The notes: a model not told the origin generated them from the sequence alone. A DNA stretch of 64,000 nt from Minutocellus sp. GHC0000111 (GCA_977018835.1 OZ361259.1:2480001-2544000), one strand, 5' to 3'; shown: positions 1-12,667, counted from the stretch's first letter. A program made the numbers and translations.

Positions 1-752
1 TCGTGACGCCAAGTCGTGAGGAACATCGCGACAAAAAGCGGCGGCCGCGGCAGCGAGCAAGAACACAAAAAAATGCTTGCTCCCCTCGCCACTGATAGAT
101 CTATGAGAACAAATTCTCGGAACACACATCTAAACATGCACTTAGTGCCAGAAGATGCGAGCAGGAACACAAATGAATGAATGCACCGTGCTCCCCTCGC
201 TGTAGGAGCACGGACAGTCGGGACACGCATCTACACGCAGTGCCAGCAGATGAATAATTACTATTATCATATTTTCATTTATCGCATAAGGACTACACGT
301 ACACTGTCTTGTTTTGTGCAAGAGTATTTTTTTGATAGAGTATTTTATTGATGCATGTAGGCGACATTGAGTCTTCAAGATGCGTTTGATAATCCGCCTA
401 CATGTGTGTAGGGCGTTTCCACGAGAGTGCCTACATGTTACCCCCCTCATTTGGTAATCATTGTAAAATTGCTTCATGGGCTCTATTGGTGTGTTTAGTG
501 ATAGGATCAACAATAAAATTGCTTCTATACATGTGGTTTGGCTGTCGTCTCGATGGGTTTGTGAGGATGGGTCCCTCTTTTTTTGGAGGCTCATTTGTTG
601 TGTAGCCACTAGAAAAAATCGACGGCATAGCAAACATTGCGCACAAATTTCAAAAAAAATTAAAACCACTAGGACGAAAATGATCGACTCGGACAGGAAC
701 CCTCCTCTAAATGGACAAGTAGGTGGCCAGAATGCATAGATAATACATCAAA

Positions 753-2175
753 TTACATCAGATTAGCATAGTTGTTGTATGTGCTGATGCATTTGCCCAA
801 ATCTTTGTGTCTTCTGCCAATATTCACGATGGAAACATTGCCCTCGGCTGCTACTCGGTACTTTCGATCATCGACGGGGTCCTGCTCAGCATCGCTTGTG
901 CTTGCTACCCAACGACCATTGTGGTACAGAATGCCAGTAACAACTCTAACCTCGCCCTCAACCATAAGATACTTTCCCATGTATTTCTTCTCATATCTCA
1001 TGCCCACAACCTCGTCCCCGTCTTCTACTTTCTCTCCAAGCTCCATCGAGAGTTTTCCAGCTTTTAACTGGTCCCTTTCAGCTCGAGTCCGCTTCCGCTT
1101 TGGCTGCTCGACGCCAGTTCCATCTCCACCCGCGCTGCTTGTTATCTAGAGCTTTTCGGGAACCCATCCATGCCTGTACCTCCGGCACTTCTGGGCAAGC
1201 GAATGTTGGCAGCACATCCGCGCAAGCTTGGTGCATCTCGAAGACGCTCTTGCGATTGCCGCCCTTCTCGACTCCCTTCCTCCACTGCTCCTCCAATATC
1301 TTCCTTGCTACTGGGTGAAGATAATTTGATTCTCTCATGACCTTCGTCCCGTGCCCGAGGAGGACGCGACTGAACGATCGCGATGCCAACGGAACAATGT
1401 TGTCGCTCGCCAACGGGACCGATGCGTTGGCGAGCGACACTGTCCGATTGGAAACAATGGCGCCACCTGCACCGGTACCTACTACACTCGATGCCCTGCA
1501 AGCGTGGCTCACCAAGTGCCTCTCCGCTTTGAACGCGCGATGACAGGTGTTGCATTTGTGTGGCCATATCTTTGCTATGGCCGCGGCACGTTCGGCTTCC
1601 TTGACCTCCTCCTCTTGCAGCAACTGTCGCAAGCGATCCTCTTTCTTCCTCGCCTTTTCTTTTATTTGCTCACGCTTTCGCTTCTTCGACATCTGCACTT
1701 TCACATCACCAAGCGACGGTGCAGTGATGGTAGGCCCATTGCTGCTACTAGTATCTTGCATTCGCCGGTAATCGTGAACCGGCACTATTTCTCCACCGGT
1801 TCTCTCTTGCGGATAAGTTGACGAAGATGGCTGTGAGGCCGTCGACGCTGAACCACAATTATTGGCCCCGACGGACGACGATGCCGCCGCCGATGAGTCA
1901 CGCCCTGGGGTCCATTGCCGACGCATCGAAGAGAGTTGCAAACTTCCTTGGCGTTACGCCAGTAGGAATAATATCCTTCACAGGAACCCACCACTTGTCC
2001 CTCTCGCGCTGGCCTTTCTCGATGGCCTTTGCAAGAAACTGAATGATACGAGGACGGGCTTCCGCCCATTTCTTCTTGAGCTCGCGAGGCGCAAGGGCGG
2101 TGGCGTCGGCCATGTTGGCAAACTATCAATCGCACGAACCGCACGAAAGTAACGCGATGACATCGCAACCTTCAA
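753..2175 (-). pseudogene. Fragmented ORFs including a C2H2 zinc finger; probable decayed transposon-related gene
   Basis: ORF 1078-1941 has HKCNTCHRAFKAERHLVSH (C2H2) after a K/R/E-rich coiled coil. Neighbouring minus-strand ORFs (753-1046, 1898-2113, 1978-2175) are broken by frame changes. A/T-tract-rich flanks lie at ~640-700 and ~3040-3260. Transposon origin is inference. Confidence 0.4.
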
Positions 2176-4147
2176 TCAATCCCACAACCAACCAACCAGA
2201 TTTGGTAAAACGTTACAATCTGATTCTTCCGCCCCCTGCGCCACTTGTTGTGCTTCTTCACGTGTCGACGCGTGGAGGAGGAAGAGGCTGCGATACAATC
2301 GCAGAGCGTTTATTCGTGCCGGGGTCTTGAGAATGAGTGGTGCTGCGGTGGTGGGATTTAGTGCCTACGGCACCATACTTTGACTACTTGGAGCGAAAAA
2401 ATGTCTAGTGCCTACTATTTTCGAGAAACATGTAGCCACTCTCGTGGAAACGCCCTGTGAAGCTAAGCAGCTAAGCAGCCCTAGATGAGCATGAGTGCCC
2501 CTTTCTTCTGCCTGTCGTCGAATGCCGGCGTCCTCGTGCCGGTGTCTCTCCTGGCCCAAGGCCATCATTTAGGTTGCTGTCCGTAGAAGCTCATCACCGC
2601 TAGCATCATCGTCGTGCAGCCAGAGAGACAAAAAAGTCAGACATGATGCGACGACAGACACGCATCCTTCGTCTTCTCGGTGTTGTGTCGTAGGGCCACC
2701 TCGGCAGGATCGAGCACCTCATCTTCAGGGAGAGGGACAACGTCGTCGTCGGCCTCGTCGAAATCGGCGACAGCAGCACCGACAGCCGGAGCCGCGGCGG
2801 GAGCGGCGTGTGTTAGTGTCGCCGGAGCGACTGCGCCGTCAAAGGCGAGCGAAAGGAACGGCCAGAGAGCAACAGTCAATCTCATGTTGAGGAGCGACAC
2901 GTGCTCTTTTTTGCTCGTGCTTTTTTTCACGATCGCTTGCTCGCTGCTGAAGATTTGTCGTGCGCGAGGCGAAAGACAAAACGAGACGCGTGCAGACACT
3001 GGTGACGCGTTCTCCGGAGGATGGCATCGGAGATGTCGGTGAAAATCAACGCGAAAAAAGAGGCCTGCTAGATAAAACACCTAACAAAAGGGCTACGCTG
3101 TGTTTTTGCCTTGCTTTTTTCTCTTTTTTCGTGGCCAACGGGTCCTTCTTTTTGACGCAGCTCGTTTTTTGCATGGTCTTTTCATGCAGCAAAAACAAAA
3201 AAATCTCAATTTCCAAAATCTCCGGTGCCATTTTCCAAAAAAGAAAGTCAATTACTAATTGACACGTCACGTGGCACCGGCAAAACCCCGGGAATGAGCA
3301 ATCGTCGGCGAACGTTGAAGTCAGTCAGCAAGACAAAGCTCTCTGCTGTGTGCGGCGTGCACGATGCTGGCTGTGCGAAAAGGTTTTGAAGCGACATCCT
3401 GACCTCGCGCCAGCTCATTGAATTGCGGGCTCAGCAAAATGTTCACTTGAATTTGTTGCCTGTAGGCCTTTTTTGTGCGGCGTCCAACACCCAGCCAAGC
3501 AGGCGAAATCTGTGTTGTTGTGTGGAATTTTAACGTGACACGTAGACTTTGTAGCTTCGTTGTGACCAACAATTAAGGGCGAGATAATCCGACTTTCTTA
3601 AGGGGGGCAGTAGCTTTGCGGTGATGTCAGAACACACACAAAATCCCAATGTCGCGAACACGATCTACTTAAGGAGTGTGACGTTGGAGGGCAGTAATGA
3701 TTTTGTGTGTCTTCGTCAAAAAGCCGCCAGCACTCTCCCACTTCAAGGGGCTGTTGTACAGCGCGCGCACAGCAGCAGCATCCCGTCGTGGCCTAACTAC
3801 TGCCGCATTCGTCACAATCCTTCCCCTTCAGCATTTCTCGATTTGGTTCATTTTTCAAGCGACTTTGCACAACAACAACTGCCGTGCACGAAAAGAGCAT
3901 CCCGCCTCCATCCCCTTTGCGGATTCCTCGCTTTACTGACAATAATACATTTCACGATAGTGGTCTTGCCCCTCGTCGTGCCCAAGACAGTTGTCCATAC
4001 CAAGCACAACGCATCGAAAAGCGTTCGTCTTGACATCACATTTCATTTCAGAGAACCCGCGAACCCGAAGAGGCCAAATCCATTTCGACCACAACACTTG
4101 CACGCCCATTCTTCTTCTCTTCAAATATATCTTCAGACATTACTACA

Positions 4148-5387
4148 ATGAATAGCAACGGCCAGCAACAACACATGAATCCCCTCTTCTCGGCCATGCC
4201 CGAGAGCATCCTGTCGACCGTCTTTCCCGGGGGCATGATGGCTCCTCCTGCACTTGCATTCCCGCACCTCGTGTCGTCTTCAAATTCACCCGCATCGAGC
4301 CCAACTTCCCAGCCTAAATCCGTCGTATCTTCTTCGTCGGTTTTTACGACAAAAAACGGTCGTCCAGCCCGTCGACGGTCCCCGTCCTCGGCAGCTCAAG
4401 CGCTCCCATCGACGCACGCACGGCAAGATCTCCTTTGCCGACATGGCCAAGCGCATCAGCGCCAAGTGGAAGGCCTTGGATGAGGAATCTCGCCGTCCCT
4501 TCGTCGAGCAGGCCAAGGTCGAGAAGGAACAATATACGAGGGAGGTGGCCAAGTACAAGGCCCGCAAGGCTCAGGAGGCCAAGGAGGCCCAAGCCAAGCA
4601 GCAGCAAGTTGCCGGCACCGAGGCCCAGCACGACATGTCTGCCATGGCCACTACCATCAAGCCTACCAAGGTCGAGGAGGTCGGACCCAAGACCAAGAAA
4701 GTCAAGACTGCTGAGACCAGGAAGGTCGAGTCTGCCATCACGACCACCAGCACCACCATGCCGAAGCGTCCCTCGTCTCTGGACGAGATCAACGATCAGA
4801 TGGAGGACTTCCTCTGCATCGTCGAGCCTGCGTCCGTCTCTCCCGGTACCTCCGACGATGACGATGAGGAGGGTCCTGTCGCCACCAGCGCCGAGCAAGA
4901 TCCCTTCCATATCGACATCGAGGAGGTCGATGCCAACGACCTTCTGGGCATCCTCGATGCCGCCATTGCTCGGGAGGGAGACATGGTCCTGCCGACGAAT
5001 CCTGCCGGTACCACCAAGAGCCTTCCTCCCAAGAAGGCCATCGCCCGCCGTCGTTCGTCGCTCCTCATGATGATGGAAGAGGAGCCCACTGCTATGTCTA
5101 GCAATACTTCCAAGCCTGGCATCCCCAAGGTAGTGTCCACCGCCAACAATACAACGGGCTCAAACCTAATCATGCCCGGTATGCCCACCATCCCACCCGG
5201 CGTCGACACCCTCCGCTTCATGGAGGGATGTCTGCACCAGCAGCAGCTCCAGATTGCTCGCAACAACGACATTCTCCGCAAGGCTCGGATGACCGCCATG
5301 ATGGCCAATACCAATGCCGGTGTCAGGGCCACGGCCGCTGCGAAGAATATCAAGGCAAAGATCGATATTTCGGTCACTCCAGTCTAA
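4148..5387 (+). CDS. HMG-box protein (paralogue 1), one apparent frameshift
   Basis: KRSHRRTHGKISFADMAKRISAKWKALDEESRRPFVEQAKVEKEQY is the C-terminal part of an HMG box. The ATG 4148 frame joins the 4254-5387 frame if one A is removed from the A6 run at 4351-4356, giving TTKTVVQPVDG, which matches TVVQPVEG in paralogue 2. Confidence 0.8.
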
Positions 5388-6186
5388 ATTGGAAGGGACT
5401 TGCATCATCTTGCCCGGCCAAACTAATGGAGGAGGCTTTATGGCTGACATGATAACATCGACGCTGTAAGGACTTTCTCCAAGCGAGGCCAATTTACTCA
5501 CACATACATATATATACCAGAAGAAAGAAGACAGAAGCAACCAGAGTGCTTATTGCACAGTTAACGTATTAAAAGTTATTAAACAACATGAACCTACCGG
5601 TACCGGTACTACCAATGCTGGCATCCCATGTAGATCTTCTTCCGTACAAGACCTTGATCTACATGTAAGTCTATTAGACTGCTGGTACTCTATCCAGAAG
5701 AATACGGTAGTCAGGCTAGTGGACCCTGGTGTTGAAGGGGTCGGGTTCGTCGCCGTCATCTTGATTGGCGCAATGGAAAAGCGCTCAGTCAGTCAGACCA
5801 TTTGTTTTCGTTTGGCTTGGCTGCGCAGCGCAACTTCGCCGAGCGATGGCGCTGCGGGGGCTTTTGAAGTCGCCCGTGCAGGCAGAGGGGGCATAACAAT
5901 TGCGATAGTCGGGGAAACCTCTGCGGACCGGGATGACCCATGTCCTGGCTGGTCGTGAAGAGAAACCAAGAGCAATAATGATTTAGAGCGAGCCAAGTCT
6001 TGCCTTGCTGCTCCCTTGTGCAGTATTTTCCCCAGTCTGATGGATTGATTTAGGTGCATTCGTAATGTCTCTTACTTCAGCGAGCACTACCACAGAATGG
6101 ATCGGTTGGAGGGAATCAAGCTTCCTGCCTACTTTTGACAATACGGTACATTCTCTCAATCATAAATTGAAGAAAAACAACACGAC

Positions 6187-6798
6187 ATGGCGACCAACAG
6201 CCCCATCCGAAAGAAGCAAAGTAGAACCAAGAAAGCAAAAGATGCACCTCGACGGCCTCTTTCGGCCTATAATCTCTACTTCAAATATCAGCGAGCTCTC
6301 ATGCTGGCCAGCAGCGATGCAACGTCCAGTCAGGACACACCAATCGTAATTGGCGGATCCTATTCTGGAATGCTCTCCGCCGCTGGTCATACCGTCGTCC
6401 AGCCCGTTGAAGGGTCTCGAGCACGCCCGGGTAAACGAGAGCACCGACGCACGCATGGCAAGATTAGCTTTGCAGAGTTGGCACGACAGATTGGTCAAGA
6501 GTGGCGGTCATTAGACGATGCGACGCGCAAACCCTTTGTCGAGCAGGCAAGAGTTGAGAAGGAACGCTATCAAGAGGAAGTACGACGATACAAAGAGCGC
6601 AAGGCTGCGAATGTAGAAGTCAAGGACGGGGCGATGAGTGATGAATTTGATGCGGCAGCAACAGATGTGAACGAAACACCGGCACTCACGGCTTCAATGA
6701 ACCAAAAAAGTTCAGCCATCATGGAAGACCTAGATGATATAGAACCCATATGTATCTTCCCTCCTGTCCCTGCTCATTCCTCAAATGCTGCTGCATAG
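6187..6798 (+). CDS. HMG-box protein (paralogue 2), split HMG box
   Basis: APRRPLSAYNLYFKYQR, then an insertion, then HRRTHGKISFAELARQIGQEWRSLDDATRKPFVEQARVEKERY. Confidence 0.9.
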   Translation: MATNSPIRKKQSRTKKAKDAPRRPLSAYNLYFKYQRALMLASSDATSSQDTPIVIGGSYSGMLSAAGHTVVQPVEGSRARPGKREHRRTHGKISFAELARQIGQEWRSLDDATRKPFVEQARVEKERYQEEVRRYKERKAANVEVKDGAMSDEFDAAATDVNETPALTASMNQKSSAIMEDLDDIEPICIFPPVPAHSSNAAA

Positions 6799-6882
6799 AA
6801 AGACATATATATGTTCCTATCTAGATAATTATCATGCATGTAGAAATGAGCATCAACAGACTAAGTTCAAACCATAGCTAGC

Positions 6883-9828
6883 TTAGTACATTTGTCTCAT
6901 TGCTGCCAACCTATCCTCTAGGCTCGCTTCAGTGCCAGAGCCACTGCCCTGCTGCTGCATTCGCGAGAAGGAAGAGAAGTCCATGAGGTCATCGTCGTCC
7001 TCATCTTCGCCAGTTAGGCCAAGAGTGTTTATTATTCGACGCACTACCGAATTGCCCTTTATTCTTTCCAAAATCTTGCTGGCTGACTGAGCGATATCAT
7101 TCTCCATGAGATCATCAAAGAACTTATTCATCGAATCCAGTTTCTCGTCGAATACTTGGCCAATCTTTTGGCCAATACCCACAACTTTCTCCTTGTGCTC
7201 GGAAATGTTGGACGCTTCACGTACCTTTTCCCCCAATGCAATGATTCCAGAGGTTTCAATACCTTCTCGGATCTTTGCAGCGACCATGGAGTTTGCGATC
7301 CTAAATTTGACTTTCGAGGCAACAAACTTGACTCGTCGGACCACGGCGTTGACCTTCTTTACCAAGATTTGAACACCCTTACCGACCAGTACCTCTTGCA
7401 TCGATGAGCCATGTGCAACATCCAATTCATCTGGAGTGTCAACCTCCTCTAGGAACTTATCCAAGTCGTCAATCCCATCAATAAAATTCGAGTTGACGTC
7501 CGATGACGAGAAAGAATTCCGGAGGGAGCTGATGTCTGCCAGGTCGTTCAAGTCGATAGATTCCTCGTTACTTTCCTCGGCCTCTCCACTCGAGGAAAGT
7601 TCAACCGTTTCTTCATCGCTGTTACTTGAGACTTGATTATCAGCGGGTTCTTCTTCAGTGACATCATTCATCGAATCAGTGGCCATGATGCTATCGGTTG
7701 CCATGCCCTCGGGAGGATCATCTTCGTTCATCTCAACACCGCGTTTGGCACCCACAGAAGAGGAAATCCCTTCGGAAGCATCGTCTTTGAGGCCCTCAAT
7801 TTCTTCATCGCCCTTTTCAGCCACGGCGCCATCTTCTTGGCTAGGAATCGCTTCCGTAGATATATCTTCTCCTGATGAGGCAATATATTCTCGGACATTG
7901 TCAAGAGAGTCAACATCAATTCTTTTGGTATCATCTGCATACTTAGCTGGCTCGTCGTCTTCTCTCTGAATCTCTTTCTCGCCAAGCTCTCGCTCGTACA
8001 CTCCCCTCCAAGACTCGTGGTCTTTTTCAACATCTGAAGTTGCGGCCTCTTCATCTTGCCGGGTCACGAGCATAGATTCATTTTTAATGCTTCCCGGTGA
8101 TGCTTCTTCGTTCAAACCGGCATCGTCGTCGTAGGCTGGTGCATCCTCATCCAGGCGCATTTCGTCATTTGTGGCGTTGAAATCTGACGCAGCAGGAGCA
8201 TCAATATTCTCGATATTTGTGGGCACACCCTTCTCCTCGGCAATTCTTCTGGCATCGGCGGTCGCTTCCTTGAATGCCACCGATGGACTATCGGACTCAT
8301 TATCTTTGCCCACCGTCTCCGTCGATCGATCATCGTTATCGACTGGTTCCTTTGCATTGCGCCCAACATCTGCTGGTCCATCTTCGACGTCGTCTGTTGT
8401 CAGAGAAGTATTTTCCTCAGACGTTTTGCCATCTGTATCCTGCGGCTCTTTCACTGCCGACGCATTGTGATTGGACAATGACGTTGCGTTTGCCGAAGCG
8501 GTACTAGAATCACTCCCACCATCATTTGTTTGCGGCATGGTCGATTTTTCGGCAGCCACATAGGAATTATCCGATGCCTTGGGACTCTCGACCTCGCTCA
8601 CTGTTGGTGGTTGCGATTCCTCCTGTGCTGTTTCGTCATCCGTTTCTTGATCCAATGTCGATCCCGCGACATTTTCCAAATCGATATCTTTCATTTCATC
8701 CGCCACAATATCCTCGGAGCCAATTACTTGCTCCCCGTCATCCTCGTGGCCCTCCATCTTCTCCTCCTTCTCTGGTGATTCGGGGTGCTCGTCAAATCCG
8801 AAAATGGTATCATTGGCCAAATCGTCGACATCTGTAGCACTGGATTCTTCCTCCGTCATTGTTGCTGCTGGCGATTCAGCATCAGTCTCGCGCAATTCCT
8901 CTGCCATTTCCTCGGCAATGGCCTCGATGGTACCCTCATCCAGTAGCATTGCCGCATCCACGATATCATCGACCAAGGACGATGGTGCTGGTTCGTCCTC
9001 TGTTTCAACATCAACATTTCCCTTCTCTTCGGCGGGATTTTCGTCCACTGAGTGTGCATCGGTGCCGTCGTCGTCGTCGTCATTGCTATCGTCCTTATAC
9101 TGATCATTATCGGCACCACCATAATCAATTATTGTCTCTGCTGCATCTCGCTCCTCCTGCTCATCGTTGACATCTTTAGTTGCACCGTTCGATTCATCTT
9201 CGACAACATCCTCTGCGCTGTCGGTGTCATCATCATCTTCGGGCATATCCTCCGCCGGTTGCGACTCGTCATCTTCTTCGTCCTCGCTTGCTTCTTCCTT
9301 TTCACCAACAATTTCTTTATCAACAATTTCTTTATCAACAATTTCATCCGTTTCCGTAGCAACAATAAAATCGTGATTGTCATCAGAATTGCCAGCATTA
9401 CCATTACCATCATCATTATTGTCTCCCTGGGCTTCCTCATTTTCACTCTTCGACGACTGCACAGGTACCGGCACCGGCAATTCCTCCTCCCAATATTGAC
9501 CGTTATAAGGTGGAAGCATCGGCTCGTAGTGGTACAGCATGCCCCGTATCTTGGGCAGTTCCTCTTCTCTGCGATCACCACTGTTGCCGTGATATTCCAT
9601 CGCCGGTATCTCCACACCCGCAACGAGCAGCTTGTTTATCTCGTCGATTGTGGACAGATCGCCCGGTTGCGGCGGTGCCTGCCGTCTTGCTCTCCCTTGG
9701 CCTGTGTTTCCGCCTCGTCGTCGTGCATTATTATGATGATCGTCGGCAGCGGATGCAATCGAGATGGAGGACAGGAGGAGCACCGTCAGAGTCAGGCAGT
9801 GCGGCCGTATTCGCACTTGGCCCGCCAT
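6883..9828 (-). CDS. Large acidic (D/E-rich) low-complexity protein with signal peptide, function unknown
   Basis: Open frame 6883-10116. The likely start is Met at 9828 (MAGQVRIRPHCLTLTVLLLSSISIASA, signal-peptide-like). The body is very acidic with a short EIVDK tandem repeat. Confidence 0.75.
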   Translation of the reverse strand: MAGQVRIRPHCLTLTVLLLSSISIASAADDHHNNARRRGGNTGQGRARRQAPPQPGDLSTIDEINKLLVAGVEIPAMEYHGNSGDRREEELPKIRGMLYHYEPMLPPYNGQYWEEELPVPVPVQSSKSENEEAQGDNNDDGNGNAGNSDDNHDFIVATETDEIVDKEIVDKEIVGEKEEASEDEEDDESQPAEDMPEDDDDTDSAEDVVEDESNGATKDVNDEQEERDAAETIIDYGGADNDQYKDDSNDDDDDGTDAHSVDENPAEEKGNVDVETEDEPAPSSLVDDIVDAAMLLDEGTIEAIAEEMAEELRETDAESPAATMTEEESSATDVDDLANDTIFGFDEHPESPEKEEKMEGHEDDGEQVIGSEDIVADEMKDIDLENVAGSTLDQETDDETAQEESQPPTVSEVESPKASDNSYVAAEKSTMPQTNDGGSDSSTASANATSLSNHNASAVKEPQDTDGKTSEENTSLTTDDVEDGPADVGRNAKEPVDNDDRSTETVGKDNESDSPSVAFKEATADARRIAEEKGVPTNIENIDAPAASDFNATNDEMRLDEDAPAYDDDAGLNEEASPGSIKNESMLVTRQDEEAATSDVEKDHESWRGVYERELGEKEIQREDDEPAKYADDTKRIDVDSLDNVREYIASSGEDISTEAIPSQEDGAVAEKGDEEIEGLKDDASEGISSSVGAKRGVEMNEDDPPEGMATDSIMATDSMNDVTEEEPADNQVSSNSDEETVELSSSGEAEESNEESIDLNDLADISSLRNSFSSSDVNSNFIDGIDDLDKFLEEVDTPDELDVAHGSSMQEVLVGKGVQILVKKVNAVVRRVKFVASKVKFRIANSMVAAKIREGIETSGIIALGEKVREASNISEHKEKVVGIGQKIGQVFDEKLDSMNKFFDDLMENDIAQSASKILERIKGNSVVRRIINTLGLTGEDEDDDDLMDFSSFSRMQQQGSGSGTEASLEDRLAAMRQMY

Positions 9829-10152
9829 GGCTTTCTGTTTTATACGGTCCCTGCCTCTCAGTTGCTCGGCGATACTGGCCAGACGCACTGGCGCCTCCAC
9901 GTACTTTGCCTCATCTTCCTCTCGGCGTCCTCTCGCGATCCTTTTGCCTCCACGTGGAATTTCCACATTAGACTCATAACCCTTTGAAATCAAATGGATT
10001 CGAAGCAGCACAAGATATGTCAACGGCCAGCGCCAAGGTCCGCATCTCATGTTAATTTGCGCGAGAACAATGACGCGAGGAAGCGCAATTGTAGCCCCGC
10101 CGTTGCAAGTACGCAAGAGAAGCTTACCCCCAATAATAATTAGATAGAGGAT

Positions 10153-11430
10153 ATGATGGAAACAGAAGCATTAGCAGGAGACGCCGACAACGCCGCGAAC
10201 GGCAGCGGCGAAACTCCAACGTCATCATCGGCACTCCGCAGATCCAGCATCCGACCGACGCTCCTCGAGAGCGCCGCCAAGCATCGCAAGGTGCCGTCGT
10301 TCCTGCCGTCTGCCTTTGAGATATCCCCCGACGGAACGCTGATGCCCACCGACGTCGAGACGGTTCTCTTGAACGCCAGCAGTGTTATGCCATCCGCATC
10401 CAAACTGAATGGAAGTTCCATTTCTACTACAGCAGACGTCGAAAAAGCCCTCCGGCCCATTGTTCTCGATGCCGACATTGCCAATCCGCAAGATTTGGCC
10501 TTGCTCCGTACGCAAATTCTAGACAAGCTCCGATTGCCGGCGCTGATGCATCGTCATCTGACCATGAAGCAATTGCAAACGCCCCAAGTGCTGGCATTGT
10601 ACCGAGCCGTTCTGGTGGTGTTCCGCGTCCTGCCGCAGATTGACAATTGCGTCAGCACCCAGCTGCGTTCTACCTATCACAGCGCGGCGCTGGCCATTGA
10701 GAATGGACCACTCCTACTAATCAATATTTTGTCGAGCAGTGAAGCAACCTCACAAATGACCTACGACAAGGCCGAACAGAAGGAACTCCGATCGCGCCAT
10801 CTGGGCAAGGACGCGATATCCCTCATGTGCCGGCGCGAAAGTCTGCCCAGTGCCAGCACGGCCGGTGCGTTGGCCATATGGCTGGGATATCATTTGCAGC
10901 AGGTCACCACCGCCACGCAGCAGCTTCGCGGACGCGTGTTGGAAATGTCCGAGCGGAGCGAGGACGAGGTGGGGACCATCACCCTTCCGGATATTGTCGA
11001 CGTCAAGGACTGCTTTTTGAGGCTGTACGCCATCGCCGAGGAGCAGGATGAGTGCACCCAGAACTTGGCCAGTTGGGAGACGGTGACGCGGGCGTTGGAT
11101 TTTGACAAGATGAAGGGATATGTCAGCGTGTTGCTGTCCACGGCCGGGTCCAATGAACGGATGTTGACTCGATTGGAAAAGCGGGTCGATGATTTGCGGC
11201 AAACTTACGAGGCCCATCAGCAGAACCGCATCAATCGACGACTGGGTTTGTTGACGATTGTTTCGGCCATATTCCTACCCTTGAGCCTTCTCAGTGGAGT
11301 CTTCGGGATGAACTTTGTAAACATGCCAGCGCTCACGTATGAGCTAGGATATTACTTCTGTTTGGGTGGGATGGCTCTCATTGCGTGCATTCTGTTGTTC
11401 GGTTTCTACAGATTCGGCTGGCTTTTGTAG
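10153..11430 (+). CDS. CorA/MRS2-like Mg2+ transporter family protein
   Basis: C-terminal LTIVSAIFLPLSLLSGVFGMNFVNMPAL carries the GMN signature, followed by a second transmembrane helix. Confidence 0.9.
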   Translation: MMETEALAGDADNAANGSGETPTSSSALRRSSIRPTLLESAAKHRKVPSFLPSAFEISPDGTLMPTDVETVLLNASSVMPSASKLNGSSISTTADVEKALRPIVLDADIANPQDLALLRTQILDKLRLPALMHRHLTMKQLQTPQVLALYRAVLVVFRVLPQIDNCVSTQLRSTYHSAALAIENGPLLLINILSSSEATSQMTYDKAEQKELRSRHLGKDAISLMCRRESLPSASTAGALAIWLGYHLQQVTTATQQLRGRVLEMSERSEDEVGTITLPDIVDVKDCFLRLYAIAEEQDECTQNLASWETVTRALDFDKMKGYVSVLLSTAGSNERMLTRLEKRVDDLRQTYEAHQQNRINRRLGLLTIVSAIFLPLSLLSGVFGMNFVNMPALTYELGYYFCLGGMALIACILLFGFYRFGWLL

Positions 11431-11544
11431 ATGCAAGTTAGCTATTTATGGCTGTTATCAGCGCTTTGTGTTATGAGCTATTAGAATCTAAATGGTACAG
11501 ATATTTGATCACTTACATACATCTTCAATCAACTGGTTCAGGAT

Positions 11545-12667
11545 TCACACATCGTCGCCGGAATCGTTCTGCTCGCTTTCCCACGATAAAATTTCCTCCA
11601 TGAGTGCCCTCTTTTGATTGATCTTCCGTGCGGTTCCCAAGTCATTCCAAAACACCTTCTTCTTAACGGGAAGAACCTCCTTTACACGAAACATGAGCGC
11701 ACTGCTAATTGCCACTAGCACAATATTCGAAACGGTGAGAGCGAGGCTCATGCCACCCATCTTTGCGAACTCGTGCTCTCTCATTTCATCACCGCGGTCA
11801 GTATCAGCTATTTCAAACTGCAAAACAAAGCTATACAGCCATGTAAGACCAGCATTGACAGCGGGCGGCAAAAGACTCGCACTTACAGCCACTCCTACCA
11901 AGGACGAGGTGCTGTCATCGAGGACCGAAATGGCTACGCCAAGACCGGAAAGAAACGCAACTGGAATTCCAACGAGCAAGTTCGTGAGCTCGCCTCTCGA
12001 GGACATTTCGTTTGTCGGCCATGTATCATGTGCCAAGTTAGTCCATCCCGTTGTCAAGCAGACGATCATACCAATGATGATGCATATGATGAGGGAGATG
12101 ATCTCGTTCTTTACCGATTGTCGGAAGAGCGCCCAATCCCATACTATGATGGAATATGCCATACCTAGCACAGGTCCCATGATTGGACTGAGGAGCATGC
12201 TGCTAACGACAATGGTCGATGAATCGGAAATGAGACCCATGCCAGCTACAAGCGAGGCAATCACAAGTAGGCAGGAATAATTGAAGTTGAATGTCCTCAA
12301 CAATTCGCTCTCGCATCTCTTCAATGCGCCGAATTTGTTCAGTATTTACCGTCTCGATGGTTGCACTGGCCTTGAATATATTGGCGACATCCGACCTCCC
12401 AACCTTGCGCTTTTCACCAGCTCCCTCGCCACCCGAATCTTGCATGCCGGCTGATTCCGCCATGCGACTGGGCAAAGTAGCCGGCTTGGCCACCATGGCC
12501 CTGCGATGTGGCGTACTGCTCAGTCGACGTGCGTCGGTATCATTGCTGAGCGTGGCGTCAATGCTTAGGGATGGCTGATCCGTTCTAGTTGGAACATTGA
12601 CATCGACATACGAGTACTCGCTGGCGAGTGATTTGGGGGTCTGTGGTTGAGTGGTTGTGGTGGTCAT
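11545..12667 (-). CDS. DUF389-like multi-pass membrane protein, one apparent frameshift
   Basis: Motifs IASLVAGMGLISDSSTIVVSSMLLSPIMGP and LVGVAVSASLLPPAVNAG. The N-terminal frame (Met 12667 to ERIVED) switches to TFNFNY near 12293 with no intron-sized gap. Confidence 0.8.

Noticed and set aside
5550..6059. In-frame minus-strand ORFs 5793-6059 and 5550-5759 separated by one TGA
   Set aside because: No recognisable motif supports coding status.
6883..10116. Long antisense and alternative-frame ORFs over this and other genes
   Set aside because: Expected shadows of GC-rich or low-complexity coding sequence.
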